Source of the DNA: an uncultured Ignavibacteria bacterium | Lineage (GTDB): Bacteria; Zixibacteria; MSB-5A5; CAIYYT01 | Length of the DNA stretch: 64,000 nt | Reading direction: 5' to 3' | Assembly (NCBI GenBank): GCA_964370935.1 | Contig: CAYJKI010000010.1 | Location: forward strand, 70,796 to 134,795 | Shown here: positions 59,669 to 64,000 of the stretch, piece after piece | Position numbering within the stretch: position 1 is the first letter of the stretch | Layout of the letters: each line of letters starts with the position of its first letter | Program-made: the position numbers and the translations under genes | The notes under the pieces: model-generated | Database searches by the model: none | What the model was told of the DNA's origin: nothing | The model's input: the letters and a program-made list of their open reading frames with translations, nothing else

Positions 59669-62245
59669 ATGCAGATGGTTAAAGCATTAAGATACATTCA
59701 GGTAGAGCCCGTGCTGCCGGCCGGACTCAAGCCCCTGCGCGAAATTGCCTACAATCTCTATTGGTGTTGGAATCAACCCGCCATACAGTTGCTGCGCAGA
59801 ATCGACAACAAGTTGTGGGAAGATTCCGGCCATAATCCGGTACGCTTGCTCTCTATGATTCCGCAGGCCAAACTCGACAAACTTGAAAAAGATGCCTCGT
59901 TCCGAGCCCATTTGGAAACAGTCTATCGCGACCTGCATGTGTACATGGAAGGCGAGACGTGGTTCGGTGAGCAGCACTTCAAAACGGATCAGCGCGAGAT
60001 CGCGTACTTTTCGGCAGAATACGGATTTACTGAATCTTTGCCGATTTATTCCGGCGGTCTGGGTGTTCTTGCGGGCGATCATCTCAAGTCGGCCAGCGAC
60101 TTAGGTGTGCCACTGGTTGGCGTGGGACTGCTTTATCAGCGTGGTTATTTCCAGCAATACCTCAATGCTGACGGCTGGCAAGGCGAATACTATCCCGAAC
60201 TTGATTTCTCGATGTTACCCCTTACAGAGGCATTAGATCAAAAGGGCGAGCCGCTGATGGTGTCGATTGATCTTGCGGGTCGGCGGGTGCTTATTAAAGT
60301 CTGGAAGCTTCAAGTTGGCCGAGTGCCTCTTTATCTGCTGGATACAAATCTTCCGCATAACGCTGTTGAGGACCGCGACATCACGAGTGAACTTTATGGC
60401 GGCGACATTGATATGCGCATTCGCCAGGAGCTTGTACTTGGTATCGGCGGAGTCCGCGCCTTGGACGACCTCGGATATGCGCCGTCTGTTTATCACATGA
60501 ACGAGGGACACAGCGCGTTTCTGGCGATCGACCGGGTGCGACGCCGGATGCAGAACGAAGGGCTGACATTCAACGAAGCCTCAATGCTGGTCAAGCAGAC
60601 GACAATATTCACGACGCATACTCCTGTTCCCGCAGGCATTGACCGTTTCCCGCGAGATTTGGTCGATCGCTATTTGCGGCCCTACTACTCTATTCTGGGT
60701 ATTAACGCCAATGACTTCTTTGCCTTGGGAAGCCAGAACGGTGCTTACGGAGCCACCGAATTCAACATGGCATATTTGGCCATGAATTTTTCGTCCTACA
60801 TCAACGGAGTTAGCAAGCTTCACGCGGAAGTCTCACGCAAGATGTGGCAAGGTTCCTGGGTTGGCGTACCTCTGGATGAAGTTCCGATCAATTCAATTAC
60901 AAACGGCATTCATGCACGGTCTTGGATTTCTCAAGAAATCTCCGATCTGTACAGCCGTTATCTGGGACTCGACTGGATGGAACAGCCGGCCAACCACAAC
61001 TGCTGGTCGAACGTCGATGATATACTTGACAGCGAACTCTGGCGGACCCATGAGTTGCGCCGTGAGAAGATGATTTCACTGATCCGCCAGCGGCTCAAGG
61101 AGCAATATCAGCGACGTGGTGCGACACCGCGCGAGTTGAAGCTGGTCAGCGAAGTCTTGCATTCAGAGTATCTGACCATTGGTTTTGCCCGCCGATTCGC
61201 GTCTTACAAGCGTGGGGCGCTGCTCTTCAGGGATATCGATCGTCTCAAGCGTATTGTCAACAATTCGCAATTTCCGGTGCAAATCGTCTTTGCCGGCAAA
61301 GCTCATCCGCGCGACAATATCGGCAAGGAACTCATCAAGTCGATTATTCACAGCATCCGCGACCCGCAGTTACGCGACCGTATAGTCTTTCTTGAGAATT
61401 ACGACTTGTCGATGGCAAGGTACCTTGTCCAGGGAGTCGATATCTGGCTCAATACCCCACGCCGACCGATGGAAGCTTCTGGCACGAGTGGAATGAAGGT
61501 CATTTTCAACGGCGGTTTGAATTTAAGCGTCCTCGACGGGTGGTGGGTCGAAGGCTACCGTCCCGACGTCGGCTGGGCCATTGGATCCGGCGAAGAATAC
61601 GACAATCACGACTATCAGGATGAAGTCGAAGCTAATGCAATCTACGACCTCTTGGAAAAAGAGATTGCACCGACTTTCTATGATCGCGGTCGCGATGGTA
61701 TCCCGCGTGAGTGGGTTGCCAAGATGAAGCGTTCGATCAAGCTCTTGAGTCCGGCATTCAACTCCAACCGAATGGTTCAGGAGTACGTCGACCGTTCGTA
61801 TACGTGCGCCTTCCGTCAGTACCAGATTTTGAAGAACAACAACTACGAAGAATTGCGCTCGCTAGCCAAGTGGTATCGACACTTGCGCGATAAGTGGGCA
61901 GACATTCGCATCCTTGAAATTGAGTCGGTCAATCCGCCCAAGGTGGATGTGACCCAGGAAATCAAGGTTAATGCCCGGGTGTTCGTTGGTGAATTCAAAG
62001 CTGAAGATCTGCAGGTTGAACTATACTTGGGAAGAATTTCGCAGCGAGGCGAAATTGCCGACGCGCGCAGCATCGAAATGCAGCCGGTAGGGAATCCGCA
62101 AGCCGGTATCTATACGTACACGTGCAGCGCACCGATCACAGCCAGCGGCCGTTTCGGTTACTCAATTCGCGTGTTGCCCGGCCACCGCAGTTCAGTACAT
62201 CCCCATGAATTCGGATTGATAACCTGGGCCAACGGCGACCTGTAA
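59669..62245 (+). CDS. Alpha-glucan phosphorylase family protein (GT35, DUF3417-type N-terminus)
   Basis: PLP-lysine motif EASGTSGMK. N-terminal ...YNLYWCWN... typical of the alpha-glucan phosphorylase family. 858 aa. Confidence 0.8.
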   Translation: MQMVKALRYIQVEPVLPAGLKPLREIAYNLYWCWNQPAIQLLRRIDNKLWEDSGHNPVRLLSMIPQAKLDKLEKDASFRAHLETVYRDLHVYMEGETWFGEQHFKTDQREIAYFSAEYGFTESLPIYSGGLGVLAGDHLKSASDLGVPLVGVGLLYQRGYFQQYLNADGWQGEYYPELDFSMLPLTEALDQKGEPLMVSIDLAGRRVLIKVWKLQVGRVPLYLLDTNLPHNAVEDRDITSELYGGDIDMRIRQELVLGIGGVRALDDLGYAPSVYHMNEGHSAFLAIDRVRRRMQNEGLTFNEASMLVKQTTIFTTHTPVPAGIDRFPRDLVDRYLRPYYSILGINANDFFALGSQNGAYGATEFNMAYLAMNFSSYINGVSKLHAEVSRKMWQGSWVGVPLDEVPINSITNGIHARSWISQEISDLYSRYLGLDWMEQPANHNCWSNVDDILDSELWRTHELRREKMISLIRQRLKEQYQRRGATPRELKLVSEVLHSEYLTIGFARRFASYKRGALLFRDIDRLKRIVNNSQFPVQIVFAGKAHPRDNIGKELIKSIIHSIRDPQLRDRIVFLENYDLSMARYLVQGVDIWLNTPRRPMEASGTSGMKVIFNGGLNLSVLDGWWVEGYRPDVGWAIGSGEEYDNHDYQDEVEANAIYDLLEKEIAPTFYDRGRDGIPREWVAKMKRSIKLLSPAFNSNRMVQEYVDRSYTCAFRQYQILKNNNYEELRSLAKWYRHLRDKWADIRILEIESVNPPKVDVTQEIKVNARVFVGEFKAEDLQVELYLGRISQRGEIADARSIEMQPVGNPQAGIYTYTCSAPITASGRFGYSIRVLPGHRSSVHPHEFGLITWANGDL

Positions 62246-62275
62246 CGTTTCTATCAACCGACGACACAAATGCAA

Positions 62276-62312
62276 AAGGTCGATGCTATCTAGCATCGAC
62301 CTTTTTCTTAAT
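62276..62312 (+). terminator. Rho-independent terminator after the phosphorylase gene
   Basis: Hairpin AGGTCGATGCTA-tc-TAGCATCGACCT followed by TTTTTCTTAATC. Confidence 0.75.
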
Positions 62313-62327
62313 CAATATTCAACTGGA

Positions 62328-62801
62328 TCAGGGACAGAATGGGGTTTGTCCACCGCCAAAGACATAATTGATGATGAACACCGCATCGGAGATGTTGACA
62401 TTTCCAGATCCGTTAGCATCACCGAGACAGATTGGATTTGGCGCCGCACCACCTCCAAAGATATAGTTGATAATAAACACGGCGTCGGAAATATTGATGC
62501 TGCCACTGCCGTTGGCGTCGCCACACAAACAGGGAGCTGCTGACGTAAAACTCTGTTGGAATCCCTGATTAAGCTTATAACCGGGAGATGTGCCGGGGCC
62601 GGCTGCTGTTTGACCGACTGTGCTGGAAAGCTTAAAACCTGCCGACGTGCCGTTTGTGGTGCCACCACCAGAAACAACCTGCCACTTGATTGTCTCTCCG
62701 GCATTCGGAGACTGATTTTCGGCCGACAGCTTTGATAGAAGCACCAATGAGAAGAATGATAGTGTCAGTGGCAGAAAGATTTTTCGGTAACGGCTCGTCA
62801 T
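62328..62801 (-). CDS. Small secreted protein consisting of a signal peptide, a short Gly/Thr-rich linker and a tandem dockerin-type repeat
   Basis: Two repeats GDANGSGSINISDAVFIINYIFGGG / GDANGSGNVNISDAVFIINYVFGGG match the type-I dockerin Ca-binding loop plus helix consensus. 157 aa. Confidence 0.6.
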   Translation of the reverse strand: MTSRYRKIFLPLTLSFFSLVLLSKLSAENQSPNAGETIKWQVVSGGGTTNGTSAGFKLSSTVGQTAAGPGTSPGYKLNQGFQQSFTSAAPCLCGDANGSGSINISDAVFIINYIFGGGAAPNPICLGDANGSGNVNISDAVFIINYVFGGGQTPFCP

Positions 62802-63006
62802 AGGTCAACCTCTCGAAGAGAAATGTTTCCAGTCAAAGCGCCGGTGCAATTAAAGGACGCCACATCGGCACCGCTTATCATGAAGACCGCATATTTGGAC
62901 TAAATCGAGTTATTAGGTCTAATATACGCTGCCACACAATTGCTGTCAAGCGTGATTGTAGGTTTTTGATTCGGCCGCAATCGGGGCCGTTTGCCGACGA
63001 TCCCTA

Positions 63007-63552
63007 TTAGTATTTCACTGCCCTGCGGTAGTTTATAAGCCACAACGACTTCCAGGTCTTGCCCTTATCATCCGAACGCTCCCAGCTCCAAGTTAGCGAG
63101 TTGGAACTAATGTCGGACCAGACCATCCGCTGCAGAAACGCTGGTTTGTCTTTAGGGTGCGCCTCGCGCGAAAGAACCATTTTCCCGTCGGCGAATTCGC
63201 CAATGAAGTCAAGATAACTGCCGTTGTTGTCGACCCATGTCTGCTGCCATTTCCCGATGATAGCATTGAAGACCGACACCGACATCCCGCGAAACGGAAT
63301 GCTATCGTTGGTCGAAAAGTCTTCGCGAATGACACAGCCATCGTAGTCCTTGGCAACGCGATTTGTGCCGGTAACTGTGTCATTCCAGGTGAGGTTCCAT
63401 TCGCCCAGCCAGAAGTCGAATTGCGATGCCTCTGGTCGCGAGCAGGGGGGCGGTGCGTCATCTTGAGCGGCTGCCGGAGCCAAAGGCAAGAGCATGCACA
63501 ACCAGATGAAAGTGAGCGGCACAAGTAACTGCAGTAGTGTAAGCTTCTTCAT
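63007..63552 (-). CDS. Hypothetical secreted protein (DUF1579/lipocalin-like)
   Basis: Internal ATG preceded by GGGAGGAAC RBS. Signal peptide MKKLTLLQLLVPLTFIWLCMLLPLAPAAA. FDFWLGEW motif. Confidence 0.45.
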   Translation of the reverse strand: MKKLTLLQLLVPLTFIWLCMLLPLAPAAAQDDAPPPCSRPEASQFDFWLGEWNLTWNDTVTGTNRVAKDYDGCVIREDFSTNDSIPFRGMSVSVFNAIIGKWQQTWVDNNGSYLDFIGEFADGKMVLSREAHPKDKPAFLQRMVWSDISSNSLTWSWERSDDKGKTWKSLWLINYRRAVKY

Positions 63553-63649
63553 ATTGTTCCTCCCGTTAGAAAAGTTTTTGCAAGGGTCACGTATTAAGAC
63601 CTCTTCTGTGGAAGGGTTCCGACGCTTATTTCGCGAATGGAAGGAAATA

Positions 63650-63889
63650 TTACGGTAATTCTTTGTGCGTTCCATCGCAGAACGGCGAGGTCTTTGTGTG
63701 CTTGCACTGACAATAGGATCGCAGCTTCTTCTCTGTTATGGTGAACTCCATCGGCTGAATGTCGGTGACGGAATGCGATCCATCGCAAAACGGCTGATTG
63801 ATTGAGCGACCGCATCGACACCAAAAATAGGTGCCAGGCTCGAGTTCAAGCTTTACGGACTTTTTGTCGGCGATTATCGGTTCAGTCAT
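63650..63889 (-). CDS. CDGSH-type iron-sulfur domain protein (two CDGSH motifs)
   Basis: CRCGRSINQPFCDGSH and CQCKHTKTSPFCDGTH match C-x-C-x2-(S/T)-x3-P-x-C-D-G-(S/T)-H twice. 79 aa. Confidence 0.8.
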   Translation of the reverse strand: MTEPIIADKKSVKLELEPGTYFWCRCGRSINQPFCDGSHSVTDIQPMEFTITEKKLRSYCQCKHTKTSPFCDGTHKELP

Positions 63890-64000
63890 TCTAACTCCAG
63901 TAAGAATAGATTCTACGGCACGAATACAAAGTAACGGATACCAATTACATAAACGAATACTACTCGCACAACGGAATTACGTCATGACGACCGATTTGCG

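Noticed and set aside
1-64000. Searched for CRISPR arrays, tRNA/rRNA genes, integrases, transposases and toxin-antitoxin pairs
   Set aside because: No direct-repeat/spacer arrays, no cloverleaf-like conserved tRNA blocks in the intergenic regions, and no recombinase or transposase motifs in any frame. The window appears to be core chromosome, not a mobile island.

Overview
This 64 kb window is a gene-dense chromosomal segment (about 90% coding, no rRNA, tRNA, CRISPR or obvious mobile elements). It most likely comes from an uncultivated Gram-negative (diderm) bacterium. The phylum is not asserted. The guess rests on outer-membrane-type proteins, dockerin-type repeats, two DUF5916/CBM9-like paralogs and GDP-rhamnose genes. 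The content is mostly housekeeping and envelope functions. Recognisable genes: reverse transsulfuration (CBS plus cystathionine gamma-lyase), queD, two SDRs, a GT4 glycosyltransferase plus flippase, a PQQ-type sugar dehydrogenase, MarC, CorA, hisS, pdxS/pdxT, asnB, an alpha-glucan phosphorylase, and gmd/rmd with a nucleotide-sugar dehydrogenase. There is also an ABC-2 exporter operon with tandem duplicated permeases next to a divergent HK/OmpR-type two-component system, a second orphan sensor kinase flanked by a cupredoxin-like gene, a ChlI/MoxR-like AAA+ ATPase with a vWA partner, and a CDGSH Fe-S mini-protein. The most unusual locus is a three-gene minus-strand module at about 31.5-35.9 kb. 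It encodes an unrecognised 359-aa protein, a zf-HC2 (anti-sigma-type) protein, and an 811-aa single-pass membrane protein. The membrane protein has a cytoplasmic Lon-like S16 peptidase domain without any AAA+ module and an extracytoplasmic FG-GAP/beta-propeller-like domain. I read this as a candidate undescribed regulated-proteolysis signalling system. Other notable items are a cNMP-binding domain fused to aspartate ammonia-lyase, a NifS-like cysteine desulfurase fused to SelD, a GlpX-like protein with long extensions, and dockerin modules on secreted proteins. The supplied ORF track takes the longest ORF and allows TTG/GTG starts, so several true starts are probably downstream of the listed ones. 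I adjusted a start only where a signal peptide or RBS made it clear. All coordinates derive from the track, not from recounting bases.
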